From: an uncultured delta proteobacterium
GTDB taxonomy: Bacteria; Desulfobacterota; Binatia; Bin18
Assembly (NCBI GenBank): GCA_963733195.1
Contig: CAVTCR010000066.1
Span: 1 to 52,106, forward strand
DNA: 52,106 bases
Reading direction: 5' to 3'
Position 1 is the stretch's first letter; each line of letters opens with the position of its first letter. The notes under the pieces were generated by a model, which was given only the letters and a program-made list of their open reading frames with translations, had not been told where the DNA came from and did not search any database. Position numbers and translations under genes: made by a program. Positions 1 to 11,813 of the stretch are shown here, piece after piece.

Positions 1-908
1 GCATCTCCATCGCTGAACAGTATTATCCTGTATCCCACTACCGCCCGATGCGGGATATCGATTTTCTGGTTGCAGAGTACTGACCTCCCGACAGTGGAAT
101 CTCTCCTCGGAAAGCTGGGAATACTTCCAGCCACAGAAGAGTTCTATCTTGCCTGGGTCTGGTCGGCATCACAGTAGCCCTCTTTCACTCGCGTCGGGGC
201 ATCTGGATTGAGGTTCATTGGGGACTGTTCTCGTCGCTGAGTATTTTCGCGACGGATCCGCTGTTTCACCCTGACCATGTCGCCACGCAGCTACGGCCCT
301 CCACGTCTTCAAGGGCGGCCGGTCACGCGCCTCAGTGCCGAACTGCAATTAATCTACATCACCGCCCATTGGTATCACCAATACAATATCCTTGCGGTTG
401 AGGGGGCGATGGTCGCCATGGTAGATCTCCTCGACTCACTGGAGAGCTGCAAGAGTATTCTGCACTGGGAGCAGATTCTGGAGGGGGTGCACGGCTCGGC
501 CGTCGCACTACCTCTGTCCCTCCTACTCACATACCTTCAGCGCCGTGATCTCATCGCGGTAGATGCCGAGATCCTCCGGGAGCTGCTTCCATGCAACCCT
601 CACTGGGACTTGAACGCACCCTCCTTCATAGTCTTATGGATCGGTACCTAGTCGATGGGAGACCCCCTGGACCACTACTGAGCGCAAGAACGCTGTCCAT
701 TCTTTGGCAGCGGCTTCTCTTCCCTAGCCCGTCGTGGAGCACTCTCCTGCTCCTCCCCTGGTACTTCTTACCCTCGCGCGTAGGGATACGAGCATGGCTC
801 TCCGGTCTCCATACTCGGCCAGACTCGAGCGATCAGGCCGCCGGGAGATGTAGGGGAGCAGTATGGCCATGCATACTATGCTCTCATCATTGGTCTCTTC
901 TGTCTTGA
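1..908 (+). CDS. Nucleotidyltransferase family protein (NTP_transf_5-like), 5' truncated by window edge, frameshifted
   Basis: Frame 3 from nt 3 reads ISIAEQYYPVSHYRPMRDIDFLV (RPMxDIDxLV motif), later IEVHWGLF; continues via ORFs 277..651 and 591..908 across indels. Confidence 0.6.
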
Positions 909-1514
909 AGTTCACGGTATATTCTGCAATCAACAAAGATCTCTTTGAGGAAGCGCAGAGCTTGCCTTGTATCTGTATCCTAACTATTCGGTTTCTTCAA
1001 GCCTGGCAAGGAAACTTCCTTCCGGGCTCCTGACTGTGCCGCTGGCCGCTGGAGACTTCTTAGACGCGATGTGATTGTCCCTGAGAAAGCGGGAAGCGCA
1101 GTGCAGATGGGGGCTACCGGAGCAACTCAAGGGGCTCGAATCGCCAGGAAATGAATAGAGAGGTGCAAAAGCTGGTGATTTGATGAAGTGGCGAAAACCG
1201 AAAAAGAGACTGCCGCAGGCTGGAAGGGTGTTGTTGAAGGACTTTCTCAATCCCGCGCATCCCGCGGTATCGGTTAACAAGGGTGGTGAACTGGGCAAAA
1301 TTTGAGCAGCAATTCGGGAAGTAAACTTCTACGCCACGGCCAGGCTGTCTAGCGCGATTGCTACTGGCAGTATCCTCACGAAGACGGAAAACGTCATGAG
1401 AACAGAGTAGCCAGTCGCATAAGGCTGAAGGCTGTCGGCTGTCGGCAAAGATGGGACAGCCCTTCAGTCTGCAGCCGTCTTCACGCGCTACGCACTCTTT
1501 GTGGTAGTGCTATC

Positions 1515-1971
1515 CTAGTAATGCTTTGCCCAGAGCGCCGCGCGTATTGGTGCCGAACGGATGATCCTCGGGATGAGTTTCTCGGCGACCTTCGGATCTT
1601 TGACGCGTGCACGGATCTTATTACGCACGAACTCGGCGAAGGTGTCGTTAGCCTTCTTGTTGGATAGGATATCGTGGAAATTGCCGATCCATTTTTTGAC
1701 CGGGCTCACCATATTCGCTCGTAGAAGGCTTGTCGCTCTTCCGGCGAACCACCTCACCTCCATCCCTACGCCACCAATTGAGCCCAACGTGCCACGCACC
1801 AGTTCCACCGGCTTGTTATCAAACATGAGGACTTCCCAGCCCTTGTCGTCATGATCGATCCGGGCTGCACGATCGCGATAGCGCGGGTCTAATGTAATTC
1901 TGCCAGGTGTCCGCAGGCTCAAGGATGTGGCCGTCGGCGTCGATCACCCATCCGATTTTTTCGTTCAGCAT
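1515..1971 (-). pseudogene. Chimeric remnant: amidohydrolase N-terminus joined to a Baeyer-Villiger monooxygenase internal fragment
   Basis: ATG at 1971 gives MLNEKIGWVIDADGHILEPADTWQNYI (amidohydrolase DxDxH); the reading then becomes WIGNFHDILSNKKANDTFAEFVRNKIRARVKDPKVAEKLIP-DHPFGT, typical of BVMOs. Confidence 0.6.
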
Positions 1972-2013
1972 TCTTCGGCTTCCTTTCTTTAGCATATCTC
2001 GTTAACTCGCCTG

Positions 2014-3233
2014 TTAGGCAACTGCTCTACGCATCGGCTCAAATCGCAACGGCAGAGTCTGCGGGCCACGCAAAAGAAATGCGGCAATGCGCGGTACCTG
2101 TTCATGCACCTGGGCAAATGGTGGACAGTCAAACAAGAGCGCTTCTAAACGCAACCCCACTTGAAAGTCGGGCTAACGGCGCGCCCAGGCAGTAATGGAT
2201 GCCATAACCAAACCCAACGTGGTCCGGAGGACTCCGCTCCACGTCAAACCGATCTGGGTCAGGAAATTTGCGCTCGTCGCGGTTGGCTGCGCCTAAGAGT
2301 ACCAAGACTGTCGCACCAGCCGGTAGTTTACCACCCCTAACACGAAGTCCTGGGTCGCCTGACGATACACGACCTGAACAGGCGAATCATAGCGCAACAC
2401 TTCCTCTACTAATGCCGGGATATTCGCACCATCCGCTCCGACTTTCGCCAGTTCCTCGGGATGGTCGAGCAAGGCGAGCACAGCATTGCCGATCAGATTG
2501 GTGGTCGTTTCATTGCCAGCCCCTAACAGCAACACCGTTAGTCCCAGAATCTCGATGAAGTAAGCGTTTGCCGTTCTTCTTCAGCCTGCACGAACGCCGT
2601 GATCAGATCATCGCCCGGCTCAGTCCGGCGTTTCTGAATCATGCGCTCAATGTAGCTACGAAATTCCGTATTGGTCTTCCGAATCCCTGCACGGACCGCT
2701 TCATCAGTGGGCCGATTGAGCGATTGCACCAACGCATCTGACCAGCGCCTGAAAACGGCGCGCCGTTCTAACTCAATCCCCAGCATCTCCGCAATCACGG
2801 TGATCGGCAACGGCACAGAAAGTGAGGAAAGCAGATCGATCTCTGCTTGCCCCTGCCAACGGCAGCACAAGTCCTGCACAATCGCCTGAGACACCAGGTT
2901 CCATCGCTCGAATGAGGCGTGGCGTGAAGCCTTTATTGGCCAACTTGCGCATGCGGGTATGGTCTGGTGGGTCCATCCACAGTAGTCCTGGCGCTTCTGG
3001 GACGGTGACCAGATCGCCTGAGGCAGCAGTATTCCACAAGGCCGAGGAAAAAGGCGGGGGTTACGGAGAATAAAATCGACATCCGCATAGCGACTCACGG
3101 CCCAGCGCTTGCATGGGCTCGATCCAGGCGACGGGAGCTTTATTGCGCAACTCCGTATAGTACGGATACGGATCGTCCTGCACTTCTGGTGACAATGGGT
3201 TGTAGTTCGAGGTCGTGTTTTCGTTAATGTCAT
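2014..3233 (-). CDS. Cytochrome P450 (multiple frameshifts)
   Basis: Motifs across frames: DPYPYY, MDPPDHTRMRKL, I-helix GAGNETTTNLIGN, EEVLRYDSPVQ (ExxR), heme motif GFGYGIHYCLGAPLARL near 2170-2220; stop at 2014. Confidence 0.9.
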
Positions 3234-3289
3234 GTGGCTAGATTTAGTGGCTATCTAAAAAACCTCTTAAGGGTGTATCCGAGGGCAAA

Positions 3290-3394
3290 AAATCTCCCCG
3301 CCAGCCGCTCCACGTCTGTCGGCCCCTCCTTCGACAAAGCTCAGGACGGGTTTTCGTAAAGGGGACGGCGAAGGCGCAGCCGAGCGGGGGATTT
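3290..3394. repeat. Intergenic REP-like palindromic element
   Basis: Terminal inverted repeat AAATCTCCCCGC...GCGGGGGATTT with internal CCCCT/AGGGG arms and an embedded CCTTCGACAAAGCTCAGG unit. Confidence 0.45.
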
Positions 3395-3556
3395 AAAGAG
3401 CAGACTAAAACTATCACTTGAAAGTTACATAGGTTCTAGCTCACTTTATTTTTCGAGTGTTTTTTTCACAACTCGTCTACCAAAGAAGAGAAAACCGGAC
3501 GGCTCCCCTCGATTGGTGCTTCAATACCACGTAAGGGGAGCATGGGTAAAGTCGAC

Positions 3557-4694
3557 TTAGTGCAAATTGTAGAACTGCATGGCGCTCTCAGCCAAAACCG
3601 TGCGCCTCTGGGCCTCTGGCAGTTTTTCGGCAATCTGGGCCGGGGCGCCGGGGAAAAAACCGTCCGGATGCGGATAGTCGGTCGCCCAGAGAATTTTGTG
3701 GGGGCCCACATAATCCACTAGATGGGTCAGGTTGCCTTCCACCGGTTCATAAGAAATCCAGCACTGGCGTTTGAAATACTCGCTGGGCGGCATGGTCAGC
3801 GAGGAATCGTTGAAGAGTGCTTTATCCTCAAAGTGGCGATCCATACGGTCGAGCCAAGGAGCCATCCACCCTCCGCCAGACTCCAGAAAACCGATGCGTA
3901 CTTTGGGAAAGCGTTCACACACGCCCCCCCAGATGATCGATAAAGCGGCCAACATCATTTCCATGGTGTGCGACACCATGTGCCGCGCGCCAAAACTCTC
4001 AAAGCGATCCACGCCGACGGCTGGCATCCCACCCGTCCCCTCGTGAATGCCGATCGAAAAATCGAGTTCCTGCGCTTCCGCCCAGAAGACATCGTAATCC
4101 GCATGGCCTAACATCCGGTTATTATACGGGTTGGGCCGCAGAAACCCGGCGCGCATGCCCAGTTCGTTGCGCGCATAGCGCATCTCTTCTATCGCCAGCT
4201 CAATCGATTGCATCGGCAGCATGGCCACGCCAAACAGTCGATCCGGGTACGGTCGACAGTACTCGGCCAGCCAGCGGTTGTAGGCGCGACTCGCGGCGGC
4301 GGCGAGCTGCGGGTCTTCGATCGCCCCAGCAAAGAGGCCCAGGCTGGGATAGAGAAAGGCCGCATCAATGCCGTCCAAATCCATATCCGGAATCCGGGCA
4401 TGCGGATCAAACCCGCCCTTGCGCCCCTGGGTGTATTCCATTCTAATCGGTACGTTCTTGGCGTGGATGCCACTTGCCGTCGATGTATTCGCGCACGCCA
4501 ATCGCCCCAATCAGTCCAAGTCCCGCTGGCGGGCCAATCAGCTTGCCTTCCACCAAAAAGCGATCTTTGCCTTTGTCATCAACGATGAGATCAGGCGCCC
4601 GATCGCGGTATTCCGGGTCAATATACTCCCGCCAAAAATGCCGCGGTTCCAACACATGGCCATCGGAATCAATAACATTATACGTGCGTCCCAT
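3557..4694 (-). CDS. Amidohydrolase family protein (Amidohydro_2), one frameshift near 4490
   Basis: IDSDGHVLEP at N-terminus (ORF 4443..4694); GIHEG, ESGGGW and WATDYPHPD in ORF 3557..4510. Confidence 0.9.
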
Positions 4695-4774
4695 GGTTTT
4701 CCTCCTTTTGCAGGTTGTTTTGTTACATTGCCATAGTGCCAGAGAACATTCAGTGGTCTCTCTTTCGGATTGCG

Positions 4775-5738
4775 TCAGTGGTGCAGCGCGCGCTTGAGGG
4801 CCTGATCGCGCTCGGCCTTGAACTGTTTCGACACCGCCGCAGACGGGGCAAGGAGATCAAAACCATGAAACGCCCCTGGATACACGTGGAGTTCGGTAGG
4901 CACGCCCGCCTGGATGAGACGCTGCGCGTACTCGATATTCTCGTCTATAAACAGATCGAGTGCGCCGACCGGAATGTACGCCGGCGGCAAGTTCGTCAGA
5001 TCGGTGGCCCGCGCCGCCGCTGCATATGGCGACACGTCGTCCCCACCACCATCCCGGCCCAGGTAGGCTTTCCAACCTAAGCGGTTGCTCTCGCGATGCC
5101 ACACGCGCGGGTCGGTAATCGCATAGCTGGCAGGGGTGACGTTACGGTCATCGATCATGGGATAGATGAGAAGTTGGAAAGCGACCTGCACTTCCCCCCG
5201 GTCGCGGGCCAGCAGAGCCAATCCGGCCGTCAGCCCGCCCCCGGCGCTGGCGCCGCCAATAGCGATGCGGGATGGATCAACGCCGAGTTCACCAGCATGG
5301 GCAAACAGCCACTTTAACCCGGCATAACAATCCTCGACCGGCGCGGGAAACGGATGTTCCGGCGCCAAGCGGTAGTCGACCGACACCGCCACGCATCCGA
5401 CTCTTTTGACCAGTTGCTTCATGAGTCTGTCGTCTTGCTCGATGTCCCCCATGACGTATCCGCCACCATGAATCCACAAGAGAGCCGGGAAGGATGCTCG
5501 GCCGATCGTTTGGCTGATAGATGCGGACCCGCACCGCCGGGTCGCCTTGTGGGCCAGGCACAGATTGATCCTGGCTAGTTACGCCCTCGACCGCGGGCAG
5601 TGTCGCTTGCATGGCAGTGAACAGCTTTCTCATCTTGGCCCGGGCTGCCGGAATGTTATTCAGGTTCACCGCCCCTTCAGTCGGGAAAGCCTCCAGCACG
5701 ACTCTCAGCTCAGGGTCTAATTGGTCCATGAAGTTCAT
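4775..5738 (-). CDS. Alpha/beta hydrolase, HSL-family esterase/lipase (frameshift near 5485)
   Basis: HGGG oxyanion motif, VDYRLAPEHPFPAPVED, GASAGG nucleophile elbow, HGF catalytic His. Confidence 0.92.
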
Positions 5739-6075
5739 CGTTCATCTCCTTTAGCAATACGCCACTGATATCCGCCGGGTACCAAAAGCTACTGGAATCG
5801 CTCCAAACCGCGCATGAGTAAACAGGGGGAAATTGCGTTTAATCTGATCCTCCCGCCATGACATGGTAGACACCCACGACGCAGACGAAAAAATCTGCGG
5901 GTTGCGGAGAGCAAAATCCACATCGGCAGAGCGACTGAGTGCCTACCCTTGCAGAGGTTCGATCCAGTGCACTGGGACATGCTCATGCAAATAGGCATAA
6001 TACGGATAAGGGTTTGCTCTCATTTCTTGGCGCAGGGGATTATAGTTCATTGTAGTGTCCTCCTTTGCTTGCCGC

Positions 6076-6456
6076 TTACGGCATCATCCGCGCCTCATCA
6101 ATGTAGACACGCTCTTCGCTCAGCTTCCCTGCTTCATCAAAGCAATAGACAATACACATTGGCACTTCCACCGGTTGTCCCTTCTTGTTGGTAAAGTGCA
6201 GCACATGTTCCGCAATCACGCTGTCGGCGCTAATGTGGCGTTGCGTCACCTCGAACCGGAAGTCCGGCAGCGCGTTGAGTCTGATCTCATACGAGCGGCG
6301 AATCTTGGCGTGGCCCATGGTGGGAATGCCATTATACAGGACCCCGACGTGGTCGCTGGTGCCGAACGTATCCATGACGACGTCCATATCGCGGGCATTT
6401 TCGCCACGGACGTGTTCCTCGACGGTCGCCAGTCGTGCTTGTTCTGCTGCAGTCAT
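6076..6456 (-). CDS. SnoaL/NTF2-like ester cyclase family protein
   Basis: EEHVRGENARDMDVVMDTF...ALPDFRFEV...EERVYID; likely start MTAAEQ at 6456 with RBS AAAGGAGG. Confidence 0.75.
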   Translation of the reverse strand: MTAAEQARLATVEEHVRGENARDMDVVMDTFGTSDHVGVLYNGIPTMGHAKIRRSYEIRLNALPDFRFEVTQRHISADSVIAEHVLHFTNKKGQPVEVPMCIVYCFDEAGKLSEERVYIDEARMMP

Positions 6457-6536
6457 GATCCAACCTCCTTTCTGATTGCTGCGCAGCCTTACGCCGCCGG
6501 GGTAGCGCTCAGCAGCGCGAGTGTCTCCTGCAACCA

Positions 6537-8111
6537 TTAGTGCGCTGCTGCGCTCCCACCGAGTATCTGGGGACGACGCATCAAAAACACCACCGGCGTC
6601 AAGAGAAAAAAGATGATCGCAATCAAACGAAAATCATCGACGAACGCCATCAATAAGGCTTGTCGCTGCACTTCGCCGTATATGAGCTGTAAAAACGTGT
6701 CAGCCTGGAGGCCGCTGCCCGCCAAGCTGGGAATGGCGCCGCTGTTCATCGCCATAAAACGTTGCACGAGTTCCTGGTTGTAAGGATGAATATGGGTCGT
6801 GAGGTAGGCTTGATGGGTCTGCGCCCCACGGCTTAAGAACGCAATCAGCAGTGCGATGCCGATGCCACCGCCAACCGTGCGCACCATGTTGTAGAGCGCT
6901 GAGGCGTTTCCCATTTGCTCTTTGGCAACCGCCGCCAACGTCAGCGTCGTCATCGGTACAAAGATCAACCCGGAACCGATCCCACGCAGAAAACCCGGCG
7001 CGGCGATTCCCCAGAAATCGATGTCAGGGTTGAAATGCGTCATATCCCAAGTCCCAATACCCGCGGATACACAGCCAAGGGCGACCAGCAGGCGCGGATC
7101 AAAATAATGAAAGAGCCGTCCCGCCAGCATAATCGAGACAAAGGTGCCAAAGCTCTGGATCGACAAGACCTGCCCAGCCAGAAACGGCGTGTAGCCGGAG
7201 ACGAGCTGACAGTAGAGGGGGATGAGAATATAGGTGCCATAGAGACCGAACATGACAATAGTCGTAAAGACCGTCCCGACCGCGAAGCTGCGGTTGCGCA
7301 ACACACGCAGGTCGATGATGGGCGTTGGGGTGCGGAGTTCGCGGAAGATGAAGAGGAGTAAACTGAGAACAGATATCACACTAAGAGTGATAATGAAACT
7401 GGAATCAAACCAGTCTAGGCGTTCGCCTTTGTCCAGGGCGACCTGCAGACATCCCATGCCGGTGACTAAGAGAGCGAGCCCGAACCAATCGATATGCGGC
7501 CGCACGCGTTTGATGTAATGGGGATCAACTAAGGTCACCGCCAGCAAGAGAAAGGCGATCCCCCCCATGGGAATATTGATGTAGAAAATCCAGCGCCAGC
7601 TATAGTTGTCGGTGATCCAGCCGCCGACAATCGGCCCCAAAATCGGTCCGAGCATCATGCCGAGCCCCCACACTGCCATCGCCATCGGTTGTTCCCTGGT
7701 AGAAAAGGTTTCCATCAGGATGGCTTGGGACAGCGGCATCATCACACCACCACTGAGTCCCTGAACCACGCGAAAGAAGACGAGCGACTCCAGGGTGGGC
7801 GCGGCGCCACAGAAAAGCGAACTGACAGTGAACATTGCAATACAGAAGAGAAAAAAGCGCTTGCGACCGAAGACGCTGCTCAACCACCCGGTCAGCGGAA
7901 TCACGATGGCGTTACCAATGATATACGAGGTCATCACCCAAGCGGCTTCATCGACCCCTGCTGAGAGGCTGCCACGGATATGATCCAACGCCACATTGGC
8001 GATGGTCATATCCAAGACCTCCAAGATCGTCGCTAACATCACCGCGACCGCGATCAGCCATTTATTGGCGGCTGGTGCGTGCGGAGCAGTCATTGCCGGC
8101 GTCTGTTCCAT
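6537..8111 (-). CDS. emrB: DHA2-family (EmrB/QacA) MFS efflux permease
   Basis: 524 aa, about 14 hydrophobic segments, LDMTIANVAL, FGRKR, GPILGPIVGG, WRWIFYINIP motifs. Confidence 0.93.
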   Translation of the reverse strand: MEQTPAMTAPHAPAANKWLIAVAVMLATILEVLDMTIANVALDHIRGSLSAGVDEAAWVMTSYIIGNAIVIPLTGWLSSVFGRKRFFLFCIAMFTVSSLFCGAAPTLESLVFFRVVQGLSGGVMMPLSQAILMETFSTREQPMAMAVWGLGMMLGPILGPIVGGWITDNYSWRWIFYINIPMGGIAFLLLAVTLVDPHYIKRVRPHIDWFGLALLVTGMGCLQVALDKGERLDWFDSSFIITLSVISVLSLLLFIFRELRTPTPIIDLRVLRNRSFAVGTVFTTIVMFGLYGTYILIPLYCQLVSGYTPFLAGQVLSIQSFGTFVSIMLAGRLFHYFDPRLLVALGCVSAGIGTWDMTHFNPDIDFWGIAAPGFLRGIGSGLIFVPMTTLTLAAVAKEQMGNASALYNMVRTVGGGIGIALLIAFLSRGAQTHQAYLTTHIHPYNQELVQRFMAMNSGAIPSLAGSGLQADTFLQLIYGEVQRQALLMAFVDDFRLIAIIFFLLTPVVFLMRRPQILGGSAAAH

Positions 8112-8118
8112 AACGCTC

Positions 8119-9393
8119 TTATTGTCTCACCCGAGCAACCTTACTGGGGGCAATCGTCAGGTCGGTCAGCTCCCAAGCATGTGCGTTACCAGGCGTCCCT
8201 TCTTTGCGCCCTTGCTCTTGTAAGAGCGAACTGAGTCGCGGCCCGTCTTGGCTACTAATGTTAATCGAGGCTTCGACGGAGAGTCCAACGCGCAGCGGTA
8301 AGTCTGGCGGCGGAGGTTCGCTGAGCGTAATTTTGACCGGCAAGCGTTGTACCACCTTGACCCAATTGCCGGTGGCGTTTTCCGGTGGGAGTAAAGAAAA
8401 CGCCGCACCAGTGCCGCCACTCAGGCTTTCGACGGTGCCATGATACACATGGTCGGGGTATACATCCGCCCGAATCTCTACTGGTTGCCCGACCCGCACA
8501 TGGGTCAGTTGCGTCTCTTTGTAATTGGCCTCGATATAGACTTTATGCAGTGGGAGAAGGGCCATGAGTGCTTGACCAGGTTGCACGCGTTGCCCGACTT
8601 CAATCGCTTTGCGGCTGACCATGCCTTCCATCGGTGCGACCAGCGTACAATAGCTGAGGTTCAACTCAGCCTCGTGGACCGCAGCCTCTGCCTGCTTTAC
8701 CAGAGAGTGTTCGGAGCGTTCGTCTGCAACGGTGTTTCCCAGCGCTGCCCGCGCATGGTCAGTTTCGCGCTTCCGGGTCGTCTCGTTCTGCTTCGCCTCT
8801 TCGAGTTGCTGTTGTTTGGCATGCAGACGAGAGCGAGCAGCATTGTATTGGGTCTTGGCCTGATCAAAGCGCTGGATGGGAATAATTTGCTCCTCGGACA
8901 ATTGGGTGGCGCGCTGCAAATCCAACTCTGCTTGGTGAAACTCCGCCTGCACAACCGCGACTTCTGCCTGCGCCGTCTGAATCTGCGACTGCGTCGCCCG
9001 CCGCCGTTCGTCTGCCACCGCCACTGCCGCGAAAAGTTGATCGACGGACTCGCGTGCCCGCGTCAGTGCTGCCTTGGCTTCGTTGAGTCGCACTTCATAA
9101 TCGCGCGTATCCAAACGCACGAGCACTTGCCCTGGTTTGACCCACCAGTTCTCGTGGATCAGAACGTCGATGACCGTGCCGTGCACACGGGGAGTGATTT
9201 GCGCCATATCCGCCTGCACATACGCGTTGTCGGTAGACACATGCGTAGCGGCATGCTTCCAGGCAACAAGGCCATAGTATCCTCCGACTAGCAGGCCGAT
9301 GAGCAGCAACAGCGCTACTAGCCACTTCTTCTTAGCCGAGCGTGGTTGCTCGTCGTACGATTGCTCTGACACGGGATTTTCCTCCTTCTGCAA
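8119..9393 (-). CDS. emrA: HlyD/EmrA membrane-fusion protein
   Basis: N-terminal TM, STDNAYV, coiled coil, FSLLPPENATGNWVKVVQRLPVKI; adjacent to emrB. Confidence 0.93.
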   Translation of the reverse strand: MQKEENPVSEQSYDEQPRSAKKKWLVALLLLIGLLVGGYYGLVAWKHAATHVSTDNAYVQADMAQITPRVHGTVIDVLIHENWWVKPGQVLVRLDTRDYEVRLNEAKAALTRARESVDQLFAAVAVADERRRATQSQIQTAQAEVAVVQAEFHQAELDLQRATQLSEEQIIPIQRFDQAKTQYNAARSRLHAKQQQLEEAKQNETTRKRETDHARAALGNTVADERSEHSLVKQAEAAVHEAELNLSYCTLVAPMEGMVSRKAIEVGQRVQPGQALMALLPLHKVYIEANYKETQLTHVRVGQPVEIRADVYPDHVYHGTVESLSGGTGAAFSLLPPENATGNWVKVVQRLPVKITLSEPPPPDLPLRVGLSVEASINISSQDGPRLSSLLQEQGRKEGTPGNAHAWELTDLTIAPSKVARVRQ

Positions 9394-10030
9394 GTCCGAT
9401 GTTCGAGTATTCCAGGGATGGAGTAAAGTTGCTCAGCCCATCCAGGAAAAGTTGGACGGCCAGCGGCGCCATAGTGTCGGGCGTATCATGGTCCCCGCGA
9501 TACAAGATGATTGACCGGAGCATGCCAAGATACATTTCGGTGACCAGCCGCATCTGTCCATTGGACAGCGCCTGCGCCGCCACACCTTTGCTCAAGATGT
9601 CGGCAAACACCCCAACAATGCTGTCACGGCGACGTTGCCAGTCGGCTTGTTCTTCGCCCTCAAGGTTATTTTCTAAACGGTGGACCAAGGTGACAAATTG
9701 GCGGCGGTGCCAGAAGTAGGACAGCACCTGGCGCGTCACATGCTCTAAAGTCTCATGCAGCGGCCCGTGTTGTTGTGCGACCGCTTCGAGTTCTTTCCCA
9801 AGTCGATCCCATCCCTCAAAGATAGTTGCGAAGTAGAGATCTTCTTTCGTCGGGAAATAGCGATACACCGTGCCTTTGCCGACATCGGCGCGCGCCGCCA
9901 CATCATCCATCAAGACTTGATGAAAATCTCGCTCGGTGAATAACTCCGCCGCCGCTTGTAAGATCCTGGCGTGCTTCGCCACACTGTTGTTGTCTTGTTC
10001 CCGCATACGCTTCCTCTTACGGTCGGGCAC
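9332..10030 (-). CDS. TetR/AcrR transcriptional regulator
   Basis: HTH: ILQAAAELF...DDVAARADVGKGTVYRYFPTKEDL; first gene of the efflux operon. Confidence 0.9.
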   Translation of the reverse strand: MPDRKRKRMREQDNNSVAKHARILQAAAELFTERDFHQVLMDDVAARADVGKGTVYRYFPTKEDLYFATIFEGWDRLGKELEAVAQQHGPLHETLEHVTRQVLSYFWHRRQFVTLVHRLENNLEGEEQADWQRRRDSIVGVFADILSKGVAAQALSNGQMRLVTEMYLGMLRSIILYRGDHDTPDTMAPLAVQLFLDGLSNFTPSLEYSNIGLAEGGKSRVRAIVRRATTLG

Positions 10031-10195
10031 AAATCAAAAGATGACGGACTGGTCAGTCCGTAGCGGATTGGCAAAAGAAAAGCAAGCCAGATGAGCACTC
10101 GGTAGTGGGTCATTTTGGCAGCAAAGCCACAGCAGTGTCATTCTGAGCCTCCCATAGCGCGGACGCTAAACATGGAGGTAGAAACTGGATGCGCG

Positions 10196-10274
10196 CTGGA
10201 TTCCGGGTCTCGCGGTGCTCGCCCGGAATGACGGGCATGTCGTCTGCGTCATTCCAGCGAAAGCTGGAATCCAG
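10196..10274. repeat. Pair of inverted REP-like units (dRS3-like GTCATTCC...GGAATCCAG)
   Basis: CTGGATTCCGGG...CCCGGAATGACG followed by CGTCATTCCAGCGAAAGCTGGAATCCAG (10247-10274); related copy at 16502. Confidence 0.7.
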
Positions 10275-10611
10275 GGGGCAGTGGGCGGAGCATTTTGTTT
10301 CTGAGCAGCCACAGCCGAGGCGAAGAATCTTCTGATACCAGAAAGCGATGATTCTTGTATTTCGTACGTGGGATTCACAACCCTTGCTAAGAGTAGAGCC
10401 GACTTAGCTATCTGTCGTCGTGCACGAGGCTGGAAGGTACCAGTGAGAGAAGAAGCGAGTTGGCACAGAGAAATAGCCGGATATACAGCGGTTTGCATTT
10501 GTTTGCTAATGAAGCGAGAGAAAGCAGGTAGGCCGAGATATTTAAGGGCAGTTTCGGAACGTTTCCAAGGCGTGGCCATGCCTAAGTGGCACCGGTCAAA
10601 TCGGCCTGGCG

Positions 10612-11601
10612 ATGGCCTTAATCCCGACGCTACCGGGGGTAACCGGTACTGTCTTCTCGCTCAAAGGAAAATCGTTGGAGAGAACGAATGCGGGCTTCAA
10701 AAAGGCAGCGACCATCATTGGACCAATCTCATTAGCTTCGATCGTACGCATTAACGAGTACACCCTGCGAGATGAAAATCCCAACGTGCCCTACAGCCCG
10801 GAGGAGATTGCCAACCAGGCCCTGGAGTGCTGGCGAGAGGGAGCGTCTATCCTCCATTACCATGCTCGTGATCCTAAGACTGGTGCGCCCTCCGCAGATG
10901 TCAAACTCTATGCCGAGGTCGCCCGACGGGTGAAAGAGAAGAGCGACATGCTCATTTTTCCAACCCTTGGCGCCTGGACACTGCCCTCTCCTGAAGCGCG
11001 CATTGCCCATATTGTCGAGATGGCCAAAGACCCCAAAACCAAGCCGGACATGGCGCCTCTTGATATGGGGACGAGCAATGTAGACATGTATGATGCCAAA
11101 GCCAAGCGTTTTAAGACGGAAGATCTCGTTTACATCAACACCACCAAAAACCTACGGTATTTTGCCGAGACCATGAATGCGGTTGGGGTGAAACCCATGC
11201 AGGGGCTATGGAACATTGCTTCCATCCGCACCACACGCGCCTTTGTTGAGATGGGCCTTTTTCAAGAGCCGCTCTACATGGAGATCGGCCTTACGGAAGG
11301 TGGTATCCTCGCTGGTCATCCGGGGACGGTCAAGGGTATGGAAGCCTTCCTCGATTTCCTGCCGAACAACCTGCGCTGCGAGTGGGGGGTGGTCTGTTAC
11401 GGCGGCAACTTACTTCCCCTGGTCGGCGCAGCCATTGAACGCGGGGGGCACATCGCTATTGGTCTGGGTGACTACCATTACCGGGAGATGGAAACTCCAA
11501 CCAATGCCCAGCTCATCTCTCGTGTCGCCCGCATGGCCAGAGAAATGGGGCGTCAAATTGCTACTCCAGAGGAAACGAGACAGGCACTGGGTCTTGTGTA
11601 A
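10612..11601 (+). CDS. BKACE / DUF849 beta-keto-acid cleavage family protein (true start probably about 10690-10720)
   Basis: NPNVPYSPEEIANQALECWREGASILHYHARD (HxH Zn motif), PDMAPLDMGT, GGHIAIGLGD...TNAQLI. Confidence 0.85.
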   Translation: MALIPTLPGVTGTVFSLKGKSLERTNAGFKKAATIIGPISLASIVRINEYTLRDENPNVPYSPEEIANQALECWREGASILHYHARDPKTGAPSADVKLYAEVARRVKEKSDMLIFPTLGAWTLPSPEARIAHIVEMAKDPKTKPDMAPLDMGTSNVDMYDAKAKRFKTEDLVYINTTKNLRYFAETMNAVGVKPMQGLWNIASIRTTRAFVEMGLFQEPLYMEIGLTEGGILAGHPGTVKGMEAFLDFLPNNLRCEWGVVCYGGNLLPLVGAAIERGGHIAIGLGDYHYREMETPTNAQLISRVARMAREMGRQIATPEETRQALGLV

Positions 11602-11813
11602 AATGCGCAGGATGAGACACTGCCGCCGAGGTGTCTGAGTGAAGGGGCAGTGAACGGGCATCTCGCGTTAAATGAGTGCTTATTTCCCTCTTGGGAAATG
11701 GCACTCACGTCCAGATCTTGTTGGCTCGTCTTCCCTGACTGTTCCCCTTCACTGTCTGTCATATCAACGCGAGATTGTCACACACGACATAACCTTTGGG
11801 GAAAGACATCTCC

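Noticed and set aside
984-1298. 104-aa minus-strand ORF
   Set aside because: No RBS or family signature seen; low confidence of coding
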